Positions 1-8,486 of a DNA stretch of 64,000 bases are shown one piece after another (the first letter of the stretch is position 1; every line of letters begins with the position of its first letter). Source of the DNA: an uncultured Eubacteriales bacterium (lineage in GTDB: Bacteria; Actinomycetota; Coriobacteriia; Anaerosomatales; JAUVQN01); assembly GCA_964406675.1 (NCBI GenBank), contig CAYOSP010000004.1:45426-109425 (forward strand). The letters are read 5' to 3'. The notes under the pieces are model-generated. The model was not told the DNA's origin. It made no database searches and saw only the letters and a list, made by a program, of their open reading frames with translations. The position numbers and the translations under genes were made by a program.

Positions 1-1493
1 TGCTCTTGGCGGTGGTGCGGCTGCCGTCCGGCGGCCCGGGGTTGTCCATGCTGGACGTCGGGCAGGGAGACGCCGTGATCGTGAGGGACGGCGCGAGTGC
101 GATGCTCGTGGACTGCGGCGCCGATGAGCGGGTCCTCCGGTCGGCGCTCGCCCGGGCGGGAGTGCGGCAACTCGACGCGGTGGTGCTCACGCACGCACAT
201 GCCGACCACACCGGTGGGCTGGAGGGACTGATCGGCGGTCCGTGGGTGGGATGGGTCGGCGTGCCCATCGTCGACGCGGAGGGCTTCGGGGTCGAGAAGG
301 CGCTCAGCGCGGCGATCACGCCTCGAGGTGGCGTGGGGTGGCGTCTCCTGGGATCGGGCGACGAATGGCGGCTCGGTGACATCCACGTCAGGGTGCTGTG
401 GCCCATCCCGGACGCGCGGATCGAGGACACCAACGACACGAGTGTGGTACTGCTCCTCTCGGTCAGCGGGCGGAAGGCGCTGCTCACCGGGGATCTGGAA
501 CCGGAGGGCTTCCGTGGCATCGACGAGGCCACGCCGCTCGCAGGAGTGGACGTCCTGAAGGTGCCGCATCACGGCAGCGAGAACGGTGTGCCGCCGTGGG
601 CGGTCGAGCGCCTCACTCCCCCCGTCTCGCTCGTGAGCGTGGGCGAGGGGAACCACTTCGGGCATCCGTCGCCGGAGGTCATGGACATGCTGGCCGCACA
701 CGGTGACGTGTGGAGGACGGACCTTCACGGGGACGTGACCGTGGGCCTGGGCAAGCGCCTGACGGTGTCGCCGACCGTGTCCCCGGCCGTGTCCTCGTCG
801 TATGCGACAATCGGTCTCGCGTCCGCCGTCCTCGGAGGAACCCGTGGCAGTGAAGGAACTCAAGGATCTCAAGCCCGTGTACCTCATCTTCGGGGAGGAG
901 GACGTGTTGCTGGAGCGCGCGGTGAAGCGGCTCACCGACCGGATGCGCGCCCACGGCGACACGGACTTCGACCTGGACGTGCTCGAGGCCCCCCGTGCGG
1001 ATGCGGAACAGGTGCTCGCGTCCGCCAACATGCTGCCGGTGCTGTCCGACAAGCGGATCGTCGTGCTGCGCGACGCCGACCGGCTCGGCAAGGACGATGC
1101 GGCAGCGATAGCGGACTACTGCGCGTCGCCCTCAAAGAGCACCGCGCTCGTGCTCGTGGCCGAGAAGCTCGACAAGCGGTCACGGCTCTTCAAAGCGGTC
1201 GACGCGCTCGGCGGCGTCTACGAGTTCAAACCCCTCAAGCGGAGCGAGTATCCGCGCGAGGTGTCCGACATGTTCTCCGACCGGGGCAAGGCGGCGGACC
1301 GTGCGGCCGCGCAGGCGCTCGTCGACGCGGTGGGCCGGGATCTCCGGAGGCTCGAGTCCGAGGTCGAGAAGATCTCCCTGCACGCGGGCGACACGCGGCG
1401 CGTGACGGTGGAGGACGTCCGCGAGGTCGTGAGCGAGACGGTGCCCACGAGCATCTTCGATCTGCTCGACGCGCTCGGCGAGAGGGACTGTGA
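1..1493 (+). CDS. comEC: ComEC/Rec2-family competence protein, C-terminal metallo-beta-lactamase domain (5' end outside window)
   Basis: The frame runs in from the left edge. Motifs seen: MLDVGQGDAVIV, THAHADHTGG (HxHxDH), LKVPHHGS, GEGNHFGHPSPEV. Recognisable similarity stops near nt 770, but the frame has no stop until 1493 and so overlaps holA. The true 3' end is uncertain. Confidence 0.6.
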   Translation, partial: LLAVVRLPSGGPGLSMLDVGQGDAVIVRDGASAMLVDCGADERVLRSALARAGVRQLDAVVLTHAHADHTGGLEGLIGGPWVGWVGVPIVDAEGFGVEKALSAAITPRGGVGWRLLGSGDEWRLGDIHVRVLWPIPDARIEDTNDTSVVLLLSVSGRKALLTGDLEPEGFRGIDEATPLAGVDVLKVPHHGSENGVPPWAVERLTPPVSLVSVGEGNHFGHPSPEVMDMLAAHGDVWRTDLHGDVTVGLGKRLTVSPTVSPAVSSSYATIGLASAVLGGTRGSEGTQGSQARVPHLRGGGRVAGARGEAAHRPDARPRRHGLRPGRARGPPCGCGTGARVRQHAAGAVRQADRRAARRRPARQGRCGSDSGLLRVALKEHRARARGREARQAVTALQSGRRARRRLRVQTPQAERVSARGVRHVLRPGQGGGPCGRAGARRRGGPGSPEARVRGREDLPARGRHAARDGGGRPRGRERDGAHEHLRSARRARREGL

Positions 1494-1818
1494 CGAGTCG
1501 CTCCATCTGCTCGCGAGGCTGCTCTCCGAAGGCGAGAGCCTGCACGGGGTGCACGCGATGGCCGTCCGCCACGTGCGCTCGCTGCTGGGCGCGTCCGCCC
1601 TGGAGCGACGCGGGACGCCGAAGCGGGAGATGATGTCGGCGCTCGGGCGCCCCGAGTGGCTGGTGAGGAAGCTGGTGCAGCAGTCGCGCGGGTTCAGCGA
1701 GGACGAGCTGGTGGCGGCGCTGATCGGGGCCGCCGGACTCGAGGCGAGGATGAAGACGAGCCGGGGAGAGCCCCGGCTCGAGTTCGAACGATGGGTGGTC
1801 GATCTCTGCGGGCGCTAG
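844..1818 (+). CDS. holA: DNA polymerase III subunit delta
   Basis: Track ORF 802..1818. Delta-like N-terminus LKPVYLIFGEEDVLLERA and delta-like length. GGAGGA at 834-839 lies 4 nt before GTG 844; ATG 802 is an alternative start. Confidence 0.8.
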   Translation: MAVKELKDLKPVYLIFGEEDVLLERAVKRLTDRMRAHGDTDFDLDVLEAPRADAEQVLASANMLPVLSDKRIVVLRDADRLGKDDAAAIADYCASPSKSTALVLVAEKLDKRSRLFKAVDALGGVYEFKPLKRSEYPREVSDMFSDRGKAADRAAAQALVDAVGRDLRRLESEVEKISLHAGDTRRVTVEDVREVVSETVPTSIFDLLDALGERDCDESLHLLARLLSEGESLHGVHAMAVRHVRSLLGASALERRGTPKREMMSALGRPEWLVRKLVQQSRGFSEDELVAALIGAAGLEARMKTSRGEPRLEFERWVVDLCGR

Positions 1819-1871
1819 CCCTGCGGGCGCTTGCGCCGCCCGCGGTCTTGCGAGCGTCAGCGCCGCGTGCG

Positions 1872-2138
1872 TCAGCCCTCGACGCCGTTGACCATCCGGG
1901 CGAGCTTCGACTTGTGGTTCGCGGCCCGGTTCGACGGTACGACGCGCTTCGTCGCGGCCTTGTCGTAGAGGCGCGCGGCTTCCTCGTACGCCTGCTGCGC
2001 GGCCTGCCTGTCTCCCGACTCGACGGCCGTGGACACCTTCTGTTCCGCGGTCTTGAGTCGGGTGCGTACGCGCCTGTTGCGCGCGCGAGCGGCCTCGTTC
2101 GTCTTGATACGCTTCTTCTGGCTCTTGATGTTCGCCAA
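1872..2138 (-). CDS. rpsT: 30S ribosomal protein S20
   Basis: Sequence (M)ANIKSQKKRIKTNEAARARNRRVRTRLKT. TTG start at 2138 is preceded by GGAGGT. The 116-aa track ORF is an upstream extension of this 88-aa protein. Confidence 0.9.
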   Translation of the reverse strand: MANIKSQKKRIKTNEAARARNRRVRTRLKTAEQKVSTAVESGDRQAAQQAYEEAARLYDKAATKRVVPSNRAANHKSKLARMVNGVEG

Positions 2139-2320
2139 CGTGTGTGACCTCCTATGATGCGTCAGCCCGCACGATGGTGCGGCGAGCTTCGAGAGTCTAG
2201 CACACACCCTGATACCTGGCAAAAGCGTCCGTGCCGCCCCGGTATGGAGCGTGATATGCTACCGCGGCACGGAAGCCCCCCCATGTCGACGGCGCTCCTC
2301 GACCCAGGAACGGAGTTCAG

Positions 2321-4123
2321 GTGACCGAACCGGCGAGGATCAGGAACTTCTCGATCATCGCGCATATCGATCACGGCAAGTCGACGCTGGCCGACCGCAT
2401 CCTCCAGCTCACGCACACCATCTCGGAGCGTGACATGAAGGAGCAGGTGCTCGACTCGATGGACCTCGAGCGCGAGCGCGGGATCACCATCAAGGCCCAA
2501 GCGGTGCGTGTGCTCTACGATGCCGAGGACGACGAGACGTACACGCTGAACCTCATCGACACGCCCGGCCACGTCGACTTCGCCTACGAGGTCTCCCGCT
2601 CGCTGGCCGCCTGCGAGGGCGTGCTGCTGCTGGTGGATGCCGGCCAGGGTGTGCAGGCACAGACCGTGGCCAACGCGCTGCTCGCCATGAACGCGGGCTT
2701 GGAGATCATCCCGGTCATCAACAAGGTGGACCTCCCGGCCGCCGATCCGGAACGCATCCGTCACGAGATCGAGGAGGCGCTCGCGGTGCCGGCCGAGGAC
2801 GCCATGCTCACGTCGGGGAAGACCGGCGAGGGCATCGTCGAGACGCTCGAGGCCATCGTGAGGCGCATCCCGCCGCCACGCGGCGACGCCGACGGTCCGC
2901 TGAAGGCGCTGATCTTCGATTCGTTCTTCGACCAGTATCGTGGCGTCATCGCCTTCATCCGCGTGGTCGACGGGTCGGTGGGATCCGGCGACGAGGTGCG
3001 CATGATGGCGACCGGCGCGAAGACGGAGGTGGAGGAGGTCGGGGTGCTGCGCCCGGCGCAGAAGGAGGTCGAGCGTCTCGGGGTCGGCGAGGTCGGCTAC
3101 CTGATCACGGGCCTCAAGGACCCCGCGGGGGTGAAGGTGGGCGACACCGTCACCCTCGCCAAGAACGGGGCCACGGAGGCGTTGCCGGGCTACCGGGACG
3201 TGAAGCCCATGGTGTTCACGGGCCTGTATCCCATCGACGGCGACCAGTATCCGGACCTGCGCGACGCGCTCGACCGGCTCAAACTGAACGACCCGTCGCT
3301 CATCTACGAGCCGGAGAGCTCGCACGCGCTCGGATTCGGGTACCGCTGCGGCTTCCTCGGACTGCTGCACATGGAGATCGTCAAAGAGCGTCTCGAGCGC
3401 GAGTTCGATCTCGAGCTCCTGGCCACCGCCCCGTCGGTGGAGTACCACGTCTACACCACGTCCGGCGAGGAGCTCAGCGTGCACTCGCCCAACGAGCTGC
3501 CCGACCCGACGGACATCGAGCGGATCGAGGAGCCGTACCTGCGTATCACCGTCCTCGTGCCCCCGGACTACGTCGGCGCGATCATGGAGCTCGCGGAGGG
3601 CCGGCGGGCCGATTTCAAGGACATGCAGTATCTCTCGGCGAGCACCGTGGAGCTCCATTACGAGATGCCGCTCTCCGAGATCATCCTCGACTTCTACGAC
3701 CAGCTGAAATCGCGCACGCGCGGATACGCTTCGCTCGACTACGAGTACATCGGCTACCAGCCGTCCGCGCTGGTGAAGCTGGACATCCTGCTGGCCGGCA
3801 ATCCGGTCGACGCGCTGAGTTTCATCGTGCACAAGGACAAGGCGTACGACCGGGGCCGTCACCTCACCGAGAAGCTGCGCGAGATCATCCCACGTCAGAT
3901 GTTCGACGTGCCGATCCAGGCCGCCACGGGGAGTCGCATCATCGCTCGTGAGACGGTGCGCGCCAAGCGGAAGGACGTCCTCGCGAAGTGCTACGGCGGC
4001 GACGTGAGCCGCAAGCGGAAGCTGCTCGAGAAGCAGAAGGAAGGCAAGAAGCGCATGAAGGCCGTGGGCACGGTAGAGGTGCCGCAGGAGGCGTTCATGG
4101 CGATCCTCGAGATCGACGAGTAG
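2321..4123 (+). CDS. lepA: Translation elongation factor 4 (LepA)
   Basis: [23 protein letters not shown]1 motif, [13 protein letters not shown], and the conserved LepA C-terminus ([16 protein letters not shown]). 600 aa. Confidence 0.95.
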   Translation: MTEPARIRNFSIIAHIDHGKSTLADRILQLTHTISERDMKEQVLDSMDLERERGITIKAQAVRVLYDAEDDETYTLNLIDTPGHVDFAYEVSRSLAACEGVLLLVDAGQGVQAQTVANALLAMNAGLEIIPVINKVDLPAADPERIRHEIEEALAVPAEDAMLTSGKTGEGIVETLEAIVRRIPPPRGDADGPLKALIFDSFFDQYRGVIAFIRVVDGSVGSGDEVRMMATGAKTEVEEVGVLRPAQKEVERLGVGEVGYLITGLKDPAGVKVGDTVTLAKNGATEALPGYRDVKPMVFTGLYPIDGDQYPDLRDALDRLKLNDPSLIYEPESSHALGFGYRCGFLGLLHMEIVKERLEREFDLELLATAPSVEYHVYTTSGEELSVHSPNELPDPTDIERIEEPYLRITVLVPPDYVGAIMELAEGRRADFKDMQYLSASTVELHYEMPLSEIILDFYDQLKSRTRGYASLDYEYIGYQPSALVKLDILLAGNPVDALSFIVHKDKAYDRGRHLTEKLREIIPRQMFDVPIQAATGSRIIARETVRAKRKDVLAKCYGGDVSRKRKLLEKQKEGKKRMKAVGTVEVPQEAFMAILEIDE

Positions 4124-4162
4124 GGACGGGCGGGCCGCGCACATGGACGGGCGGGGTCGCAC

Positions 4163-5449
4163 ATGACCGCCGGCGGGGGCGAGACGTGCGAGCGCGTGCG
4201 TCATCTCTACGTGCACGTGCCCTTCTGCGTGTCCAAGTGCGACTACTGCGACTTCCATTCGGGCCCGCTTCCTCACGGCGCCGGGGGAGGCGCCGCGGGC
4301 GGTGGAAGGGGCGCCGCGGGCGGTGGAGGGGGCGCCGCGGGGCCGGCGGACAGAGCGCTCCTCGAACGCTATGTGCAGCGGGTGCTCGAGAAGGCCGCGG
4401 AATGGGCGAGCGAGCGGGGCGTGCTCGGTCCGCTGGCGACGCTCTATGTCGGCGGCGGCACGCCGACGGTCCTGGGCGACCTGCTCGCCGAGCTCGTCGA
4501 GGATCTGCTCGTGGAGTGCGGGATGCTCGAGGATGCCGAGGTCACCGTGGAGGCGAACCCCGGGACCACGGACGCGGCGCTCCTGGGACGCCTCGTCCGA
4601 GCGGGAGTGGGACGCGTGAGTCTCGGGGTGCAGTCCTTCGATCCGGCGGTGCTTCGCACCCTCGGACGATCGCACGACGCCGCGGAGGCGGAGGCGGCTC
4701 TCGGTGCGGTGGTCTCGAGCGGGCTTCGCGTGTCGGTCGATCTCATGTGCGGGGTGCCCGGGCAGACGCGGGGCGGCTTCGTCGCCGACGTGGAGCGGCT
4801 CGCCGTCTCGGGGGTGGAGCACGTCTCGGTATACGCGCTCTCCCTCGAGCCGGGCACGAGGATGGCCGAGCGGGTCGAGGCCGGGGAACTGGAGTTGCCG
4901 GACGAGGACGAGGCGGCCTGGATGATGGGAGCGGCGCAGTCGATCCTCTCGGCTCACGGGCTGGAGCGCTATGAGGTGGCGAGCTACGCCCGGTCCGGCC
5001 GGCGTTCCGTCCACAACACCGCGTACTGGACGGGGTCGCCCTACCTGGGCATCGGACCCTCGGCGGCGAGCATGGTGCCTGGGTCGCCGGCAGAAGACCT
5101 CGCGCTTCCGCCGGCGAGCGGGGTTCCGGCGGAGGGTGGGGTCGGGGTCCGCCGGGTACGCTTCACGTACGCTCCCGGAGACCGCTGGTGGACGTCGAGT
5201 CCGCCGAGTGAGATCGATCTGCTCGGAGCCCGTGAGGCCGACGTCGAGGACGTGATGCTTCGCATGCGCCTGGTGGACGGGGTCGACGCCCGTGAGGTCG
5301 ATCGCCTCGACCTCACTGAGACCTTCGAGCGCCTGGCGGGCACGGGGCTCGTGGTGGCGGAGGGAGGCCGTCGGCGATGCAGCGAGCGGGGCTGGCTGCT
5401 GGGCAACGAGGTGTTCGGAGCGGTATGGGAAGCGGCGAAGGAGGCGTGA
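4163..5449 (+). CDS. hemW: Radical SAM heme chaperone HemW / oxygen-independent coproporphyrinogen-III oxidase-like protein
   Basis: YVHVPFCVSKCDYCDF (CxxxCxxC radical SAM motif) and a HemN-like core and C-terminal domain. A Gly/Ala-rich insertion encoded by 21-nt tandem repeats sits directly after the cluster motif. Confidence 0.85.
   Translation: MTAGGGETCERVRHLYVHVPFCVSKCDYCDFHSGPLPHGAGGGAAGGGRGAAGGGGGAAGPADRALLERYVQRVLEKAAEWASERGVLGPLATLYVGGGTPTVLGDLLAELVEDLLVECGMLEDAEVTVEANPGTTDAALLGRLVRAGVGRVSLGVQSFDPAVLRTLGRSHDAAEAEAALGAVVSSGLRVSVDLMCGVPGQTRGGFVADVERLAVSGVEHVSVYALSLEPGTRMAERVEAGELELPDEDEAAWMMGAAQSILSAHGLERYEVASYARSGRRSVHNTAYWTGSPYLGIGPSAASMVPGSPAEDLALPPASGVPAEGGVGVRRVRFTYAPGDRWWTSSPPSEIDLLGAREADVEDVMLRMRLVDGVDAREVDRLDLTETFERLAGTGLVVAEGGRRRCSERGWLLGNEVFGAVWEAAKEA
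4277..4349 (+). repeat. In-frame imperfect 21-nt tandem repeat (about 3.5 units) inside hemW
   Basis: ggcgccgcgggcggtggaagg (4289-4309) and ggcgccgcgggcggtggaggg (4310-4330), with partial units on both sides. Encodes GAGGGAAGGGRGAAGGGGGAAG. Confidence 0.8.
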
Positions 5450-5501
5450 CGGCGCGCGGGTGCGTCGTTGACGCCGGCCGTCGGCGCTACATACCATCGG
5501 T

Positions 5502-5528
5502 CTGGCACTCGGCTCGCAAGAGTGCCAA
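5502..5528 (+). promoter_or_regulatory. CIRCE-like HrcA operator
   Basis: CTGGCACTC-N9-GAGTGCCAA compared with the CIRCE consensus TTAGCACTC-N9-GAGTGCTAA. It ends 16 nt upstream of the hrcA ATG and directly before the AGGAGGGG RBS. Confidence 0.75.
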
Positions 5529-5543
5529 CCCAGGAGGGGACGC

Positions 5544-6560
5544 ATGCTGAGCCAACGACGCAAGCGCATACTGGAGACGCTCGTGGAGGAGTACGTCCAC
5601 AGCGCCCAGCCGGTAGGCTCGAAGGCACTCGTGGAGCGCTACGACCTGCAGTGCAGCGCGGCGACGGTCCGTAACGAGCTCGCCGCACTCGAGGAGACCG
5701 GCTACCTGCACCAGCCCCACACCTCGGCCGGACGGGTGCCGACGGACGCCGGGTACCGGGCGTTCGTGGACGAGCTCGAGGAGCGCACCACCCCGAGCGT
5801 GGGCGAGGTCGAGTCCGTCGCCAAGGCGCTTCGTGGACTCGACAGCGAGTTGGAGGACCTGCTCAAGGGCGCGACGGCGCTCCTGTCGCGGCTCACCAAC
5901 CAGGTGGCGGTGGTGCTCGCCCCGACGCTGCGCCGCAGCCGGGTGATGCGGATCGACCTCGTGTCCCTCTCGCCCGACCGCGTCCTGGTGGTGCTGATCA
6001 CCGACGACGGTCAGGTGGGCAAGCGAGCGATCGGTCTCGACTCTTCGATGGATGCGGACGAGGTCCGCGGGAGCGAACAGCTCCTGAACCGCATGCTCGA
6101 GGGACGTCTCGCGGAGGAGCTGCGGGAACTGCGTCTGGACTTCGCCGCCCACACCGATCGCGCGGCCGGGCTCATCAAGATCATGGACGCGCTGCTCGCC
6201 TCTCTCGAGGGCCACGACGAGGAGGCCGTCTTCCACGACGGCGCTCAAGCGCTCCTCGGCGAGCCGGAGTTCGCCGAGCCGACGATGGTGCGCGGGCTGG
6301 TCGGCATGCTCGAAGACGGTATGCTGCTCGTCCGGGCGTTCTCCGAGGTGCTCGACGTGCGGGACGTGCTCGTGCGGATCGGGAGGGAGAACACGGTCGC
6401 GGGGCTCGACCACATGACCGTGATCGCCTCGACGTACGGGCAGCGCGGCGGCGAGGGTTTCGTCGGGCTGCTCGGACCGACGAGGATGGACTACACGCGG
6501 GCGATCGGGAGCGTCCGCGCGGTCGCGGGGCGGCTGTCCGACACGCTCGACCCACGATGA
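5544..6560 (+). CDS. hrcA: Heat-inducible transcription repressor HrcA
   Basis: N-terminal winged-helix MLSQRRKRILETLVEEYVHSAQPVGSKALVERY, typical of HrcA. 338 aa, with a CIRCE element upstream. Confidence 0.9.
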   Translation: MLSQRRKRILETLVEEYVHSAQPVGSKALVERYDLQCSAATVRNELAALEETGYLHQPHTSAGRVPTDAGYRAFVDELEERTTPSVGEVESVAKALRGLDSELEDLLKGATALLSRLTNQVAVVLAPTLRRSRVMRIDLVSLSPDRVLVVLITDDGQVGKRAIGLDSSMDADEVRGSEQLLNRMLEGRLAEELRELRLDFAAHTDRAAGLIKIMDALLASLEGHDEEAVFHDGAQALLGEPEFAEPTMVRGLVGMLEDGMLLVRAFSEVLDVRDVLVRIGRENTVAGLDHMTVIASTYGQRGGEGFVGLLGPTRMDYTRAIGSVRAVAGRLSDTLDPR

Positions 6561-6579
6561 GGACGGAGGACCGCTAACG

Positions 6580-7734
6580 GTGTCATCCAGCATCAAGGAC
6601 TACTACGCCATCCTCGGCGTCGAGAAGGGCTGCAGTCAGGAGCAGGTCAAGCGCGCGTTCCGCAAGAAGGCGCGGGAGTGCCATCCGGACGTGAACTCCG
6701 ATCACGACAGTGAGGAGCGTTTCAAGAAGGTCAACGAGGCCTACGAGGTGCTCTCCGACCCGCGCAAGCGCGAGGTGTACGACCGGTTCGGCACCGCGGA
6801 TCCGCGCGCGGGAGGGTTCGGCGGAGGAGGTTTCGGCGGGGGCGGCTTCGAAGGTGTGCCCTTCGAGGACATCTTCGGCATGGGGATGGACGACGTGTTC
6901 TCCATGTTCTTCGGCGGTGTCGCGGGTGGGGGAGGAAGGCGCGGGACGGCGCGGTCCGAGGGCCGGGACATGACGACCCAGGTGACCGTGACCCTCGAAG
7001 AGGTCGCGACCGGGACCACCAAGACGGTCGAGTACACCCGTGACGCGCCGTGCGAGGAGTGCGACGGGCGCGGTACCGTGGACGGTTCGGTGGAGACCTG
7101 TCCCGATTGCGGCGGCGGCGGGCGCGTGCGTCAGGTCCGCAACACCTTCCTCGGCGCGATGCAGACGGTCACCACCTGCGGTCGCTGCGGCGGCGCGGGT
7201 CAGGCGGTCACGGATCCATGCGGCGCGTGCGGCGGTGACGGGCGGACACGCCGCCGGGAGACGGCCGAGGTGGAGGTGCAGGAGGGCGTGCGCGACGGCG
7301 CCACCGTGCGCGTGCCCGGCAAGGGCGAGGCGGGCCTCCGAGGCGCGGGCGCCGGTGACCTGGTGGTCGGCGTGCGTGTCGCCCCTCACGAGTACCTGTT
7401 CCGTGACAAGGACGATCTCCACGTGCAGGTGCGGGTCTCCGCGTTGACCGCGATGCTCGGCGGGACCCTGGAGGTCGAGGGTCTCTATGAGGGGACCGAG
7501 GCTCTGCAGGTGCCCGCGGGCACACAGCACGGAGACACCGTGCGGATCAAGAAGCGAGGCCTGCCCCGCACCGGTCGCGGCGGACACGGCGATCTCATCG
7601 TGCACCTCGCCGTGGAGACACCCGAGAGGCTCTCGCGCAAGGAGAAGAAGCTGCTCGAGGAGCTGCGGGACTCGGTCGGCGAGGAGCGGGTCGTGGAGCG
7701 TGACCCCGTACGGCGGTGGCTGGGAGACCGATGA
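6580..7734 (+). CDS. dnaJ: Molecular chaperone DnaJ
   Basis: J domain DYYAILGV...HPDVN, a G/F-rich linker, and four CxxCxGxG zinc motifs (CEECDGRG, CPDCGGGG, CGRCGGAG, CGACGGDG). Confidence 0.95.
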   Translation: MSSSIKDYYAILGVEKGCSQEQVKRAFRKKARECHPDVNSDHDSEERFKKVNEAYEVLSDPRKREVYDRFGTADPRAGGFGGGGFGGGGFEGVPFEDIFGMGMDDVFSMFFGGVAGGGGRRGTARSEGRDMTTQVTVTLEEVATGTTKTVEYTRDAPCEECDGRGTVDGSVETCPDCGGGGRVRQVRNTFLGAMQTVTTCGRCGGAGQAVTDPCGACGGDGRTRRRETAEVEVQEGVRDGATVRVPGKGEAGLRGAGAGDLVVGVRVAPHEYLFRDKDDLHVQVRVSALTAMLGGTLEVEGLYEGTEALQVPAGTQHGDTVRIKKRGLPRTGRGGHGDLIVHLAVETPERLSRKEKKLLEELRDSVGEERVVERDPVRRWLGDR

Positions 7735-8486
7735 GCCTGCCGCGCGCCTTCCTCGCCGGAGAGCCGGACGGCGGGGTCCTGCCGCTCTCCACATCCGACC
7801 GGCACCACTTCAGGGACGTCCTCAGGCTCGGAGCCGGCGACGCCGTCGTCGTGGTGGACCCGAGCGGCGTGGAGTACCGCGTGCGCATCGGTTCGTTCGT
7901 CGAGCACGGGGTGGTGGCAGATCGCATGGAGACCGCTCCCACCCCCGCCGAGGAGGGCCATCCCGTCCCGGAGGTCTGGCTCGTCCAGGGACTGGCGAAG
8001 GGCTCGAGGCTCGACGACGTGGTGCGCGCGGCCACCGAGATCGGAGTGACGGGCGTCGCGCCGTTCACGAGCGAGCGCACGGTGGTGCGCCTCGACGGAC
8101 CGAAGGCGTCCCGCCGCGCGGAGCGGTGGCGGCGCATCGCGACGGAGGCGTCGAAGCAGTCGCGCCGAAACGCGCCGCTCCGCGTCCTGGAGCCCATGCC
8201 GCTGGCCGAGGCGGTCACCGCGAGCGGCGCGGAGGGGCTGGTCGTGCTCTGGGAGGAGCACGAGGGACGCGGCCTCGGGGAGGCGGTGGACGCCGTGGGT
8301 CGCCCCCTGGCGGTGGCGGTCGGGCCGGAGGGCGGCCTCTCCTCGGACGAGGTCCGGATGCTGGAGGGGATGGGCGGCGTGACCTGCGGGCTCGGCAGGA
8401 CCATCTTGCGGACCGAGACCGCCGGCCCGATCGCGGCGGCCCTCGCGCTCTACGAGCTCGGCGGCTTGGGAGGCTCGGCCCCGTGA
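7731..8486 (+). CDS. rsmE: 16S rRNA (uracil1498-N3)-methyltransferase RsmE
   Basis: RsmE-like PUA and SPOUT regions (HHFRDVLRLGAGDAVVVVD, VAVGPEGGLSSDEV, LGRTILRTETA). ATG 7731 forms an ATGA overlap with the dnaJ stop; GTG 7716 is an alternative start. Confidence 0.85.
   Translation: MSLPRAFLAGEPDGGVLPLSTSDRHHFRDVLRLGAGDAVVVVDPSGVEYRVRIGSFVEHGVVADRMETAPTPAEEGHPVPEVWLVQGLAKGSRLDDVVRAATEIGVTGVAPFTSERTVVRLDGPKASRRAERWRRIATEASKQSRRNAPLRVLEPMPLAEAVTASGAEGLVVLWEEHEGRGLGEAVDAVGRPLAVAVGPEGGLSSDEVRMLEGMGGVTCGLGRTILRTETAGPIAAALALYELGGLGGSAP

Noticed and set aside
2162-5569. Very long antisense ORFs. Examples: 2162..5569 (1135 aa), 22564..25593 (1009 aa), 53009..55840 (943 aa), 35104..37770 (888 aa), 26499..29087 (862 aa), 50663..52975 (770 aa), 10920..13022 (700 aa).
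   Set aside because: Each lies opposite a gene with strong, motif-level identity (lepA/hemW, ppdK, nuoL, manC/galE, hppA, nuoI). Their translations are Arg/Ala/Gly/Pro-rich low-complexity strings with no recognisable domains. This is the expected stop-codon-poor antisense frame of a ~70% GC genome.
6790-6960. Short GC-rich repeats as possible CRISPR or other arrays: the dnaJ G/F linker, the hemW 21-nt repeat, and the rpoD Asp/Gly/Lys/Ser-rich region (30900-31090).
   Set aside because: All are in frame inside well-supported genes and encode low-complexity linkers. There is no repeat-spacer periodicity and there are no cas genes.
7487-8482. N-terminal extensions that make several track ORFs look like giant proteins. 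Examples: 7487..9817 (776 aa), 18830..21700 (956 aa), 20779..22542 (587 aa), 50180..52879 (899 aa), 48103..49803 (566 aa), 47235..48200, 15928..17070, 62176..63558.
   Set aside because: The upstream parts overlap the preceding, well-supported gene in another frame and are Arg-rich nonsense. In each case a start codon at or near the previous gene's stop (often an ATGA/GTGA overlap) gives a normal-length protein.
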